A DNA stretch of 64,000 nt from Candidatus Woesearchaeota archaeon (GCA_964355135.1 CAYHCG010000003.1:72783-136782), one strand, 5' to 3'. Shown: positions 1 through 9,627, numbered from the stretch's first letter. Made by a program: numbers and translations. The notes: generated from the letters alone by a model not told the origin.

Positions 1-40
1 AATACTATTTTTTTATGAGAATTATTTACGTTCTCATTAT

Positions 41-150
41 TCTCTGCCCTGTTGCACGATTTCGTATAAGGCCTCTGCCTCCAGGTGTCTCTGCTGCCCT
101 ACGGACAGCAAGGGCCATACGCGTGCCTCTAGTTCGTTTTGCCATTCCAG
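41..150. ncRNA. GC-rich island; candidate structured RNA, class unassigned
   Basis: 62/110 G+C by hand count in an otherwise A/T-dominated intergenic region. No ORF >=60 aa. Nested complementary segments: GCACG(54-58)/CGTGC(122-126), CGTAT(63-67)/ATACG(117-121), GGCC(70-73)/GGCC(113-116). These enclose an 8-bp hairpin at 91-112. Confidence 0.25.
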
Positions 151-206
151 GTTATAGAGTTTAAATATTATAAGATAGTGGAGTATTTTCTAAACTTCTT
201 ATCGGA

Positions 207-674
207 TCAATATCCTTGAGGAGGAATAGTTCTCTCACCTAATATCTCAATATTTAGTTTCCTAAGTTGCTCATATATGTAATCAATTTCTTTATTCAAC
301 TTATCACCAGACATCCCTCTCTTTTTTACAATGTCTAAAATATACTTTTCAGTTTTAACAAAATCATTTTTGAATTTTGTGTTTATATCTTTCCACTTGA
401 TCTCTTTCAGTGCTTCTGCAAATTTTTGGCCATAATGGATAACTCCTCTTACCATAAGGAAAGCAATAGAAGGATATCCTAAATAACCAACCCAATACGA
501 ACCATTATCATTCGCCATGATGGCATTTTTATCAGGATCGTATCTAACTGTATAAAACTTTCCTCTGCTTGAGGAATATACTTTCGCTTCGTTCCCATCC
601 AGTTCTATTCTTCCATCAGCAATGCAACCCAAGGCCTCATGGACTTTAATTTTAGGAGGTAATTGCCATTTCAT
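207..674 (-). CDS. hypothetical protein
   Basis: 155-aa ORF with protein-like composition. No motif I can assign. Confidence 0.55.
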   Translation of the reverse strand: MKWQLPPKIKVHEALGCIADGRIELDGNEAKVYSSSRGKFYTVRYDPDKNAIMANDNGSYWVGYLGYPSIAFLMVRGVIHYGQKFAEALKEIKWKDINTKFKNDFVKTEKYILDIVKKRGMSGDKLNKEIDYIYEQLRKLNIEILGERTIPPQGY

Positions 675-756
675 CTAATTTTACTATATTTCAACTTTTT
701 ATATGTTAAGATATAAGTAGGGCAACATTTTAGTACTGCAAGATATTTCCCTTCTT

Positions 757-1347
757 ATGCACGATCAAAAACCTATTATTAGCGGAATTGGCTCAAAGAG
801 AATTATCATCCTTCTGCATGGGAGAGGAAGCAACACAGAAGATATTCTATCTTTTGCAGAACAACATCTTTCTCCTTCAAAATTCATTGCTTTGCAAGCA
901 GATAATAACCAGTGGTACCCTTATCCTTTCTTAATGCCTAAAGAAAAAAACGAGCCCTATCTTTCCGCAGCGCTGCAGGCAGTTGATCGCGTCATTAAGC
1001 AAACAAAGGCTCCTTTAAAAGATATTTTCATCCTGGGTTTTTCACAAGGAGCTTGCCTTGCTGCAGAGTATGCTGCGCAGCATCCAGATAAATATGGAGG
1101 CATTATAGTTTGTAGCGGAGGATTAATTGGAGAAAAGATTGCTCCTCCAAAAAGTTCTATGAAAGAAACTCCAATCTTTTTTGGTTGTTCACAAAATGAT
1201 CCTTTTATTCCTATTTCCAGAGTAAAAGAAAGTATCAATGCATTAAAGGCAAGTAAAGCTAAAGTAACTGAACATATCTACCCGGGGCATTCTCATACTA
1301 TTAGTGATGCTGAAATCAAACTCATTAATTTAATTTTGAAAAACTAA
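757..1347 (+). CDS. alpha/beta hydrolase, phospholipase/carboxylesterase family (MhqD-like)
   Basis: LLHGRGS region, nucleophile elbow GFSQGA, C-terminal GHSH. The ~200-aa size is typical of the family. Confidence 0.8.
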   Translation: MHDQKPIISGIGSKRIIILLHGRGSNTEDILSFAEQHLSPSKFIALQADNNQWYPYPFLMPKEKNEPYLSAALQAVDRVIKQTKAPLKDIFILGFSQGACLAAEYAAQHPDKYGGIIVCSGGLIGEKIAPPKSSMKETPIFFGCSQNDPFIPISRVKESINALKASKAKVTEHIYPGHSHTISDAEIKLINLILKN

Positions 1348-2224
1348 AAGGGGGCAATAACATTTCTATTTCTTTACGTTGGAATTCAAATGCGGGAGGC
1401 AAAACTAATTTGGAACCTAGTTTTTCTTCCGTTTCATCAACAGTAAAGCCAGGACCATCAGTCGCGATTTCAAATAATACATTTCCTGGCTCTCTAAAAT
1501 AAACTGAACGAAAATAATACCTATCAATAGATGGAGTTGGGTGAAAACCTTCTATTTTCAACTTTTCACGTAAAGAAAGCTGTGTTTCTTTATCCTTAGA
1601 TCTAAATGCAATGTGATGGGCAGTTCCTAAACCCGCAATCCCAGGATGAGTATCGGGAGCCTCTTGTAAATCAATAACAGTTTCTTTAGAAACATATCTA
1701 TGCAAATTACCTTCGCTTTTTTCTTTTGAATAACCTAAATGTTTAGTAAGCAATTCTCCAGTCTCTTCATAATCCTCTAGCATTAGCGTAGCCCCATAAA
1801 AACCACTTATAGCGTACTCTTTAGGTACCTCCTCTGCCCAATTCCCAGCCTTGCCATGCTCAACTAATTCTAATTCTAAGCCATCAGGATCGCTAAAGCC
1901 GAGAACACTCTTTCCAAAGCGCGTTTCTTTCTTCATAGCTACATGTAACTTTTTCAAGCGTTCTTCCCAAAAAGCTAGCGTTGGAACAGAAAATGCCACT
2001 TTGCTTACCATTCCAGGTCCAGGCTTGCCTTTAGGCAGATCGCTCCACTGAAAAAAAGTCAGGGCAGTTCCCGGCCTGCCAGTTTTATCGCCAAAATAAA
2101 TATGATAAGTTCCTATATCATCTTGATTAATAGTCAGTTTCACTAATCGTAATCCAAGTACTTTCGTATAGAAGAGGGCAGTTCTTTCCGCGCTAGCGCA
2201 TATCGCAGTAATGTGATGTATCAT
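1325..2224 (-). CDS. VOC-superfamily ring-cleaving dioxygenase (MhqO/YfiE-like)
   Basis: HHIT..FY..VLGL and YHIYFGD motifs; two glyoxalase-type modules in 299 aa. Converges on the esterase gene and overlaps it by 23 nt. Confidence 0.8.
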   Translation of the reverse strand: MIHHITAICASAERTALFYTKVLGLRLVKLTINQDDIGTYHIYFGDKTGRPGTALTFFQWSDLPKGKPGPGMVSKVAFSVPTLAFWEERLKKLHVAMKKETRFGKSVLGFSDPDGLELELVEHGKAGNWAEEVPKEYAISGFYGATLMLEDYEETGELLTKHLGYSKEKSEGNLHRYVSKETVIDLQEAPDTHPGIAGLGTAHHIAFRSKDKETQLSLREKLKIEGFHPTPSIDRYYFRSVYFREPGNVLFEIATDGPGFTVDETEEKLGSKLVLPPAFEFQRKEIEMLLPPFSFSKLN

Positions 2225-2306
2225 CCACCTATAAAGATCAACTTATTTAAGTAAGTTTGCAGTAGAACATCTAAATCTTTAAATTGTGCCTCTCTCTTTT
2301 TAAGTA

Positions 2307-3020
2307 ATGGATTTCAAACAAATCTTTTCCGTTAGAAAGCCTATAATTGGGATGATTCATCTCGCAGGAAATAATCCTACTGAAAGAATACAAAGAGCTC
2401 TACAAGAAATCTCCATCTACGAAGAAGAAGGAGTGGATGGCGCGATTTTTGAAGATTATGCTAGAGAAGCAACCCCTAAACATGTCTACGAAGCCCTTCA
2501 AGAAAGTAAAAAGTTGCAATCTAGAATAGCTCGGGGAGTTAATCTATTAAGAACGCCTTACTATGCATTTCAATACGCTCTTGACGCAGGAGCAAGCTTT
2601 GTTCAATTTGATAGTGTTCAAACTCCTGATTTAAAAATTGCAGAATATGAATCAGCAAGAAAAGCGCACAGAAATATAGCTGTTCTCGGAGGCATTGGAT
2701 TCAAATATACTAAACCTACAGGAAATCCTCTAGAGCAAGATTTACGAGAAGGAATGTCGCGATGTGAAGCAATCGTCACAACCGGACCAGGAACTAATAT
2801 TGAAACTCCGTTAAGAAAATTAAGAGATTATAGGGAAATCCTTGGACAATTTCCACTTCTTGTGGGGGCAGGAGTTAATATAGAAAATATAAGATCCCAA
2901 ATGGAAATCGCAGACGGAGCAATAATTGGAAGCTATTTTAAAACAAATAATGATATTGAGGAACCAGTCGACAGGCGAAAAGTAAGAGATTTGATAAGCG
3001 TTGTCAGAGAATTAAGATAG
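2307..3020 (+). CDS. BtpA/SgcQ-family TIM-barrel protein
   Basis: N-terminal KPIIGMIHL motif and a ~237-aa length resemble the BtpA family. Confidence 0.55.
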   Translation: MDFKQIFSVRKPIIGMIHLAGNNPTERIQRALQEISIYEEEGVDGAIFEDYAREATPKHVYEALQESKKLQSRIARGVNLLRTPYYAFQYALDAGASFVQFDSVQTPDLKIAEYESARKAHRNIAVLGGIGFKYTKPTGNPLEQDLREGMSRCEAIVTTGPGTNIETPLRKLRDYREILGQFPLLVGAGVNIENIRSQMEIADGAIIGSYFKTNNDIEEPVDRRKVRDLISVVRELR

Positions 3021-3047
3021 ATCTCACTTCTTTGTAATCTATAACAA

Positions 3048-3707
3048 TTATTGTTTCATTTGATTAAAATACCATTCACCAAACTTTTCTTGGCACGAAA
3101 CTTCTCCAGGATAATCTTTCCAAAAAGCATCATATTCTTCTTTACTCATTTCAGCTAAAGTACGATTGCCATGTTCTGGAATAAAAATAAGCCCTAACTT
3201 AGACCATAAATGGTCCTGCATTTTTCCCCTTGATTGTTGTGCAATAATTCCCTTAACTGAAGAAACAAATAATACGGGTTGTGTTAAAGTTCCATCAATA
3301 TACGCAAGACAATGTTTAAACTCACATTCTCTTTCTTTACCCTCAACAAGTTTTAGAATGCCTCCTATGTCAATAGTGTCTAAGGCAAAATTAACAAAAG
3401 CCTTTGGAAATCCATTTAAAGATTTAACATAAAATCCGGCATCTAAGACAACAAGAGGCTCTTTTAAGATACTATAAGCAAAAAAAGCCTTGTGTTTTGC
3501 TATAACTTCCACGTTATCATCTCTGGGTTCAGGCAAATCAATGGGCTTTTGCACAACACTAATTCCATAAGGTAATAAATGTCTGCTTAAAGAACTCACT
3601 TTGCCTTTGTTTGTAGTTACATAAGTTATTTCCATATGTCTAACTGGGTTTAGAGATTTATAATAATTTAGATTATTGGCCTTAGCAATCCCTTTTGCCT
3701 GGAACAT
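3048..3707 (-). CDS. Ham1/RdgB-type non-canonical purine NTP pyrophosphatase
   Basis: TTNKGK, LPEPRDD and VLDAGFYVKSLNGFPKAF motifs. The true start is probably the internal Met (MEITYV) at 3635. Confidence 0.7.
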   Translation of the reverse strand: MFQAKGIAKANNLNYYKSLNPVRHMEITYVTTNKGKVSSLSRHLLPYGISVVQKPIDLPEPRDDNVEVIAKHKAFFAYSILKEPLVVLDAGFYVKSLNGFPKAFVNFALDTIDIGGILKLVEGKERECEFKHCLAYIDGTLTQPVLFVSSVKGIIAQQSRGKMQDHLWSKLGLIFIPEHGNRTLAEMSKEEYDAFWKDYPGEVSCQEKFGEWYFNQMKQ

Positions 3708-3909
3708 ACCTAATAAAACTCACCAATCTTTCCGAACCATTAGGCATATGGTCATACATCGCTTCATTAAGCTTCCTTTGTCTATCCACAACTTCCTCTG
3801 GAATGCGAGTGGCCGCTTGCCCTCCAACATTATAGACAGTATGTATATACCTTCCTGCACTCATCCAAGTTTCCACCCTCACTCCTACATGCCTTCTAAA
3901 TAAGTTCAT
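3682..3909 (-). CDS. hypothetical small protein
   Basis: 75-aa ORF that looks more protein-like than the mirror + strand ORF. Compatible with the downstream gene only if that gene starts at 3635. Confidence 0.3.
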   Translation of the reverse strand: MNLFRRHVGVRVETWMSAGRYIHTVYNVGGQAATRIPEEVVDRQRKLNEAMYDHMPNGSERLVSFIRYVPGKRDC

Positions 3910-3990
3910 CTTTATCCAAATAATTATGAGTATTAAAATATTATTATAACTTAAAATAGCTTTAAAAACTAATTATCATTCTAATTAACT

Positions 3991-4836
3991 ATGAGAGTAA
4001 GATACTCCTTCTCATCAAGAAGGACAGGACAAATAGAAGGCAGGAACAATCATCGTGTGCCATTTCCTAAGATAGCCAGGCAAGTAATCAATGATTCGGA
4101 TGTTATCTTACAGGTGTTGGATGCCCGTTTTGTAGAAAAAACTAGAAATCTTGAACTTGAAAATAAAGTAAAAAAAGAAGGGAAGAAACTGATGTACGTT
4201 ATCAATAAATCAGATCTGGTAAATCCCACAGAGTTCAAGAAAAATGTCGATGTATCCGGATTAAATCCCCATATACTTTTTTCATGTAAAACCCGAGCAG
4301 GCAAAAGAAAGCTAACTAGATTTATTAAAATAGAAGCTAAAAAACTGAATCTAGATAGGAAAGCAAATGTAGGAATAATAGGTTTCCCTAACACGGGAAA
4401 GAGCTCGCTTATCAATCTTCTAGTCGGAAGAAAAGGAGCAGGCACTTCCGCTCAGGCTGGATTCACCAAAGGAATACAAAAAATCAGACTCAATAGCGAC
4501 ATCTCTATCATCGACACTCCCGGAGTAATCCCAGATGAAGAATATGATGTAAAGAATAAGGATTTCTTTCTGAAAAAACACACCCAAATTGGAGTCAGAA
4601 CATACGATAAAGTAAAAGATCCTGAATTAATTGTCCACAAACTGATGGCAGAAAACCCGCAGTTATTCGAAATATATTACCGCATTGATGCAGATGGAGA
4701 TTCAGAAATAATTTTAGAAGAAATAGGAAGAAAGAATAATTATCTCAAAAAGGGCAATGAAGTCAATATGGACCGGGCCGCCCGTCATGTTCTCAAAGAC
4801 TGGCAGGACGGTAAAATCAAGAAGCATAATAGTTAA
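3991..4836 (+). CDS. circularly permuted GTPase (YlqF/RbgA / MJ1464-like ribosome-biogenesis GTPase)
   Basis: G4 NKSD precedes G1 GFPNTGKSS and G3 DTPG, which is the permuted motif order. Confidence 0.8.
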   Translation: MRVRYSFSSRRTGQIEGRNNHRVPFPKIARQVINDSDVILQVLDARFVEKTRNLELENKVKKEGKKLMYVINKSDLVNPTEFKKNVDVSGLNPHILFSCKTRAGKRKLTRFIKIEAKKLNLDRKANVGIIGFPNTGKSSLINLLVGRKGAGTSAQAGFTKGIQKIRLNSDISIIDTPGVIPDEEYDVKNKDFFLKKHTQIGVRTYDKVKDPELIVHKLMAENPQLFEIYYRIDADGDSEIILEEIGRKNNYLKKGNEVNMDRAARHVLKDWQDGKIKKHNS

Positions 4837-4860
4837 AAAATCTGATAAATCTATAATATC

Positions 4861-5508
4861 ATGAAAGTAACTAAATTCGGCCACTGTTGTCTACTAATTG
4901 AAGAAAAAGAATTAAGAATTCTTACAGATCCTGGAAGTTATTCAACTTTACAAAACACGGTTAAAAATATTGACATAGTCCTTATAACGCATGAACATCC
5001 AGATCATTTTCATCTCCAGTCCCTCAAAAATGTAATAGCTAACGCCGATTCAAAAGGCCTTGTTATTATAACAAACAAAGCAGTAGGAAAATTATTAGAT
5101 GAAGAAGGAATAAAATATCATTTAGTCGAACACAATCAAAAAATAGAAATTAAAGGAATTCTAATAGAGGGTTACGGTGAAAAACATGCAGAAATATACA
5201 AAACCCTAACTCCGGTTATCAATACAGGTTATTTTATTGATAACAAGTTTTTCTACCCAGGAGATGCTTTCATCAATCCAAATAAGCACATCAGTATCTT
5301 GGCACTTCCCGTCGCAGGCCCTTGGATGAAACTCTCAGAAGCAATTGACTATGCTCTCGCACTTAAACCAAAAATAGCATTTCCAGTTCATGATGGAATG
5401 TTTTTACCCGGAAGAGGATCAGTAGCCCATAGAATTCCCGCTAGTATTCTTCCTCCTCACGGAATTAAATTCATAGTTCTTGAAGAAAACAAAGAAACAG
5501 AATTATAA
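4861..5508 (+). CDS. MBL-fold metallo-hydrolase
   Basis: THEHPDH motif and later His/Asp ligands in 215 aa. Confidence 0.8.
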   Translation: MKVTKFGHCCLLIEEKELRILTDPGSYSTLQNTVKNIDIVLITHEHPDHFHLQSLKNVIANADSKGLVIITNKAVGKLLDEEGIKYHLVEHNQKIEIKGILIEGYGEKHAEIYKTLTPVINTGYFIDNKFFYPGDAFINPNKHISILALPVAGPWMKLSEAIDYALALKPKIAFPVHDGMFLPGRGSVAHRIPASILPPHGIKFIVLEENKETEL

Positions 5509-5510
5509 AA

Positions 5511-6899
5511 CTACCTCACTTTTAGAGTTGAAAGAACAAGGCATTTCTTACATACATTATTTCCTGCAGAATCCTTTTTCATATATGCCGGCAAAGTAAA
5601 CTGATTGCATATAAAGCATTTTGCTAAACAATTAATACAATAATCTTTTCCGCTAGTATAATCCTTATTCATATGTAATTTACAAACCGTCTTAAGACAT
5701 TTAGTGCATTTTATTGCGCAATGCTTGCACATCTTTATCCCACAATAACTACATTCTTTTTTTGTGCAGCTTGAGCATAATATCCCCATGCATCCTCTGC
5801 AGATATCAGAACAATTCTGACAAATAACATGGCCTGAAGAGCAAAGAGTTAGCTCAGTTATCTCTCTTTTGCAACTTTCACAAGTAACCGCAGTTAAAGT
5901 ATCTTCCATAGGATTATAGATAAGCTCTACCTGTCGTGCCGAATCCTTACTTTTGAAAACTAAGGTAAAAGTAAAAACAGGGTAATAAATAATAGTCGTA
6001 TTCATGAGTTTATTATTTATATTGAGAGCGTGCTTATGAATTTCATCGTTGATAAAAAAGCTTTCTTCTTTGTTCAGTTTTTCCTTAATTTCTGGATTTT
6101 CCAGCCCTTTCATAGTTTCATGTAATTTTTCTATTTTAGCTAAAATTGTTTTTTTCTCAATTTCATTTACTTTTTCCATCTGTTTCCTTAAAGCAATTGT
6201 CTGTTCCTTATTTCTTCCCATTTGAACATCCAGCTCTTTAGTTTGATTTCTATAATGGTCCCGTATTCTCTCTATTTCTTTATCAAGTCTTTTCTTTAAT
6301 GCTTCACTAGTTTCCTGAGTTTTTTTCTGTAGTATCTTCTTCAATTCTTCTTTTGCCAGTTCATATTCCGATTTAATATCTTTTTTTGGCAATTCTTCTC
6401 TTTTTCCCTCAGTATAAGAATACTTTTCTAGTATAAAATTTATCACGCTCCCGTCTTTAACATGAATGGAGTTTATGAGCTGCTCTTTATCATTTACGTA
6501 CTGCATCTGTGTCATAAAAGTAAAGCGCAGAATTGATCTATAATCGGGTTTTTTTATTAAACTATAAAGAGTACAGTTTCTCAATTTCAAGTATCTCTCA
6601 AATTGCTCCTTATAGTCTCTTTCAAAATTCAGTCTAATTAAAGTGGTTTGTCCCCGGCTTTCCAGGTACGTTGTTATTGCTTTGAGTAATGAACTCCCTT
6701 TTGTTATTAATTCTGCATTCTCATTAGCTTCATCAAAAACTAAGCTATAAGGAGATTTCTTTCCATAATAAGTCTCAAATTCTAGAGGAACTTTTCTTAT
6801 TTCCAACGTCTTGCCATCCCAGGCAAGCTCGCACTTCAAACCATTAAAAAAAGATTCTATAAATTTCCTTAAGTCTTCTTTATTATTTACTACTTCCAT
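5511..6899 (-). CDS. coiled-coil protein with C-terminal multi-CxxC zinc-ribbon cluster; SNF2 partner
   Basis: 462 aa with a central Lys/Glu-rich coiled coil. About ten CxxC pairs lie in the last ~115 aa. Its start overlaps the SNF2 stop by 17 nt. Confidence 0.75.
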   Translation of the reverse strand: MEVVNNKEDLRKFIESFFNGLKCELAWDGKTLEIRKVPLEFETYYGKKSPYSLVFDEANENAELITKGSSLLKAITTYLESRGQTTLIRLNFERDYKEQFERYLKLRNCTLYSLIKKPDYRSILRFTFMTQMQYVNDKEQLINSIHVKDGSVINFILEKYSYTEGKREELPKKDIKSEYELAKEELKKILQKKTQETSEALKKRLDKEIERIRDHYRNQTKELDVQMGRNKEQTIALRKQMEKVNEIEKKTILAKIEKLHETMKGLENPEIKEKLNKEESFFINDEIHKHALNINNKLMNTTIIYYPVFTFTLVFKSKDSARQVELIYNPMEDTLTAVTCESCKREITELTLCSSGHVICQNCSDICRGCMGILCSSCTKKECSYCGIKMCKHCAIKCTKCLKTVCKLHMNKDYTSGKDYCINCLAKCFICNQFTLPAYMKKDSAGNNVCKKCLVLSTLKVR

Positions 6900-8682
6900 C
6901 CTTACCTCCCAATAATTCCGTTGTCTTTACCTTAGCCTGCTGGTATTTCTCTATTCCTTCCTGAATCATTGTGTGGATTTCTCTGACATCTTTTGCAAAA
7001 ACATCTAAGTTATTCTTAGAATCAATAAAGGCATCCATAAGCATCTCTTCTATTTTATGTACTCCTCCAGCACCATAACCATCCAGACCTAAATTAAACA
7101 AAATAATAGGCAATTCTCCTATAACTAGCCCTATGCAACACATCTTATTGATAATCAAGTCAACAACATGCTCTTCCATTGTCCCCCTAGTAGCAAGGCT
7201 ATAGATATTCATGTCATAACGTTGCCCTATCCTATCCAGTCTTCCTATTCTCTGCTCAACAGCCATAGGGTTCCAGGGCAAGTCGTAATTAATTAGATTA
7301 TGACAGAATTGAAAATTCAGCCCTTCTGAACCAGTTTCAGTGCTAATCATAATATTAGCCCCTTCCTTAAATTGTTTTATCCTAGCAGTTTTCTCTTCTC
7401 GATCTAAACCTCCCAAATATTCAACAATCTTTAGATCCAGTGGCTTAAGCTTCTCAACAATATAACGCAGAGTTGTAGGATGTTTAGTATAGATCAATAT
7501 CTGAGAGTTTCTGTCCTCTGCAAAAATACCTGTAATCAATTCAACTAACTTCTCTATTTTAGAATCTTTTTTCAAGAGTTTATATTTTTCAAGAATCTTC
7601 GCAGCAATTTCTTTAGTTTTGTCATGATACTTTTTATCTTCCACTATCCTAGTTAAAGACTCTATTGCTGCGCGTGAAGAACTAGTTATCTTAGGCAAGA
7701 TGGAAAAGATAATCAATCTCCCGTTAATCTCACTCCCAGTAACTGAAAAGTATTTTTTCTTCAACAGTTCACAAATATCATTGTAAATTTCAAGTTCTTC
7801 TGCAGATAAGTCAACTGCAACAATCTTTGCCAATCTTTGTTTATAATTAACCTTAGTTTCGTCTCTTCTTCTCCTAATCATTACTTCCCCTAATTTTCTT
7901 CTTAATTCCCTTGGATTAAGGGGATGTCTCTTATTTCCTCTATGGAAAAAATCTTTTTTGAATTCATTAAGAGTTCCTAAATGCCCACGTTTCAATAAAT
8001 GAAGCAAGTTATAGAGTTCAAGCAAGTCATTTTGAAAAGGAGTTGCAGTCAAAATAAGAAATCTTTTCTTCTGCATTTTATCCACAAAGAGCCATCTTTT
8101 CGTAGTTCTATCCTTTAGTTTATGAGCCTCATCAATAATAAGTAAATCCCAGGAAATCTCATGTGCCTTACTATGTCTGAATTTCTCTTTTGCTTTATCA
8201 TATACTTTAACTCTATCAATAGAAGCAATAGCAAAATCTGTACGTTCCCAGTCGCTCTCACTTTCTATAATCTTAAAATTCAGTTCAAATTTCTCTTTAA
8301 GTTCAGCTACCCACTGATCAACCAAAGAAGGAGGAGCTAAGACAAGAACTTTCTTTAGTAGTCCCCTCATGATCCCTTCCTTAAGTACAATTCCCGCAGT
8401 AATGGTCTTTCCTAGGCCAACTTCATCTGCCAAGAGCCCCGTACCGTTTAAATCTCTAAGTATCCTTAGCGCACCATCAGGCTGATGAGGCAAATCATAT
8501 TCTAAGTTTTTCAACACAGAAGAATAGGAAATAAGTTCGTTTATTTGAGTCTCTTTTGATAAATTCTCTGCTTCTACCTTTAAATTGAGCATATCTATTG
8601 ATTCAAACTGCTTTTTCTCTATTTTATCAAAAATTGCGTCATCTTCAAAAGAAAAGCTCTCATTTATTATTATATCATCCAT
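6883..8682 (-). CDS. SNF2-family ATPase/helicase, minimal core
   Basis: Motifs DEVGLGKT, DEAHKLK, LTATPFQN and QRIGRLDRIGQ. Confidence 0.9.
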   Translation of the reverse strand: MDDIIINESFSFEDDAIFDKIEKKQFESIDMLNLKVEAENLSKETQINELISYSSVLKNLEYDLPHQPDGALRILRDLNGTGLLADEVGLGKTITAGIVLKEGIMRGLLKKVLVLAPPSLVDQWVAELKEKFELNFKIIESESDWERTDFAIASIDRVKVYDKAKEKFRHSKAHEISWDLLIIDEAHKLKDRTTKRWLFVDKMQKKRFLILTATPFQNDLLELYNLLHLLKRGHLGTLNEFKKDFFHRGNKRHPLNPRELRRKLGEVMIRRRRDETKVNYKQRLAKIVAVDLSAEELEIYNDICELLKKKYFSVTGSEINGRLIIFSILPKITSSSRAAIESLTRIVEDKKYHDKTKEIAAKILEKYKLLKKDSKIEKLVELITGIFAEDRNSQILIYTKHPTTLRYIVEKLKPLDLKIVEYLGGLDREEKTARIKQFKEGANIMISTETGSEGLNFQFCHNLINYDLPWNPMAVEQRIGRLDRIGQRYDMNIYSLATRGTMEEHVVDLIINKMCCIGLVIGELPIILFNLGLDGYGAGGVHKIEEMLMDAFIDSKNNLDVFAKDVREIHTMIQEGIEKYQQAKVKTTELLGGKDGSSK

Positions 8683-8922
8683 TTTTTCACCTCTGTAGAA
8701 TTCAGTTCTTTCAGTATCTTTTAAGCTTTATTATGGGCAATTTTATAAGTAATAAATTGACCATTGGAGATTCTGGACTCAATAAATTCAATTTCCAGAA
8801 TGCCCCTTATAATAGAATTGTTATCCCAATATTTATAAAATACTAAACTTCTGTCCGATATCTTATAATGTAAATTCTTTCTAGATAATAACTTTTAAAA
8901 GCTAGACCGTATTCCTTTATTT

Positions 8923-9627
8923 ATGACTAAACAACAAGCACTTGTCCTTCATGATATCAATCAATTACCTACAGATGGCTATGTCGTGTTCCCTATTTCT
9001 ATGAGTAGAGTTCAAAATACCCAAAATGCAGAAAAATGCTATGAGTGGTTGGGATATTTTGAAAAGAAAATTAGCGTGTTTGGACTAGATGCTATCTTTT
9101 TGTACACAAATGGGCTGTATTATAATAACGACGATCCTGCGTTAGAAATTCGTAAAAGAACAAATGGACAAATGATTGCTCACAGCAATGCTATTAGAAA
9201 GTTAATTGTAAAAGGAAGAAAATATATGCCTCAGGCAGTACATTTTGTTCCATGGGATTATATTATTCTTAATTCACCAAATTTTGATGTTTATTATAAT
9301 TTATTAAAAAAACTAGACAAGGAAGATAAAGAGTTTCACAAATTAGTATTAGAAGTTCTAAAAGATAGAAAAGAAAGTGATGCAAATATTAATTTTATTC
9401 TTGAAGAGGTAGCCATATCTCATCTTATTCGTCAAAAAGAAATTGAATTTCCTAAGACTCTTGTTAAGAAAGATAACTTTAGACTAATTGCTTACCCTGG
9501 ACCTCCTTTGAAAGCAGACATATACCAATGGAAAAATAAAATATTGCCTCAAAGCAAAGACTTTCCTTTTTATGCTTCACATTACGATTTAGATAAGAAA
9601 ATTATATACAACTTTGATGAAAATTAA
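8923..9627 (+). CDS. hypothetical protein with a cyclodipeptide-synthase-like motif pattern (tentative)
   Basis: 234 aa. PIS near the N-terminus, NFILEE, and LIAYPGP occur in the order and spacing of CDPS catalytic Ser, YxxxE and YP (XYP-subfamily) motifs. Assessed by eye only. Confidence 0.45.
   Translation: MTKQQALVLHDINQLPTDGYVVFPISMSRVQNTQNAEKCYEWLGYFEKKISVFGLDAIFLYTNGLYYNNDDPALEIRKRTNGQMIAHSNAIRKLIVKGRKYMPQAVHFVPWDYIILNSPNFDVYYNLLKKLDKEDKEFHKLVLEVLKDRKESDANINFILEEVAISHLIRQKEIEFPKTLVKKDNFRLIAYPGPPLKADIYQWKNKILPQSKDFPFYASHYDLDKKIIYNFDEN

Noticed and set aside
41-150. SRP (7S/4.5S) RNA helix 8 on the minus strand: GUCC-GUAG-GGCAGCAG ... AGGCAGA resembles GUCC-GGAA-GGAAGCAGC ... AGGCAGA of E. 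coli 4.5S.
   Set aside because: The 5' side reads GCUG, fully complementary to CAGC, instead of the conserved AGG of the symmetric loop. The large internal loop is also on the wrong strand, and no Alu-domain or helix-6 features are present. Kept only as an unassigned RNA candidate.
3676-3903. + strand 75-aa ORF mirroring 3682-3909.
   Set aside because: Its composition is low-complexity and His/Ser/Pro-rich. The minus-strand frame looks more protein-like, though that frame is itself low confidence.
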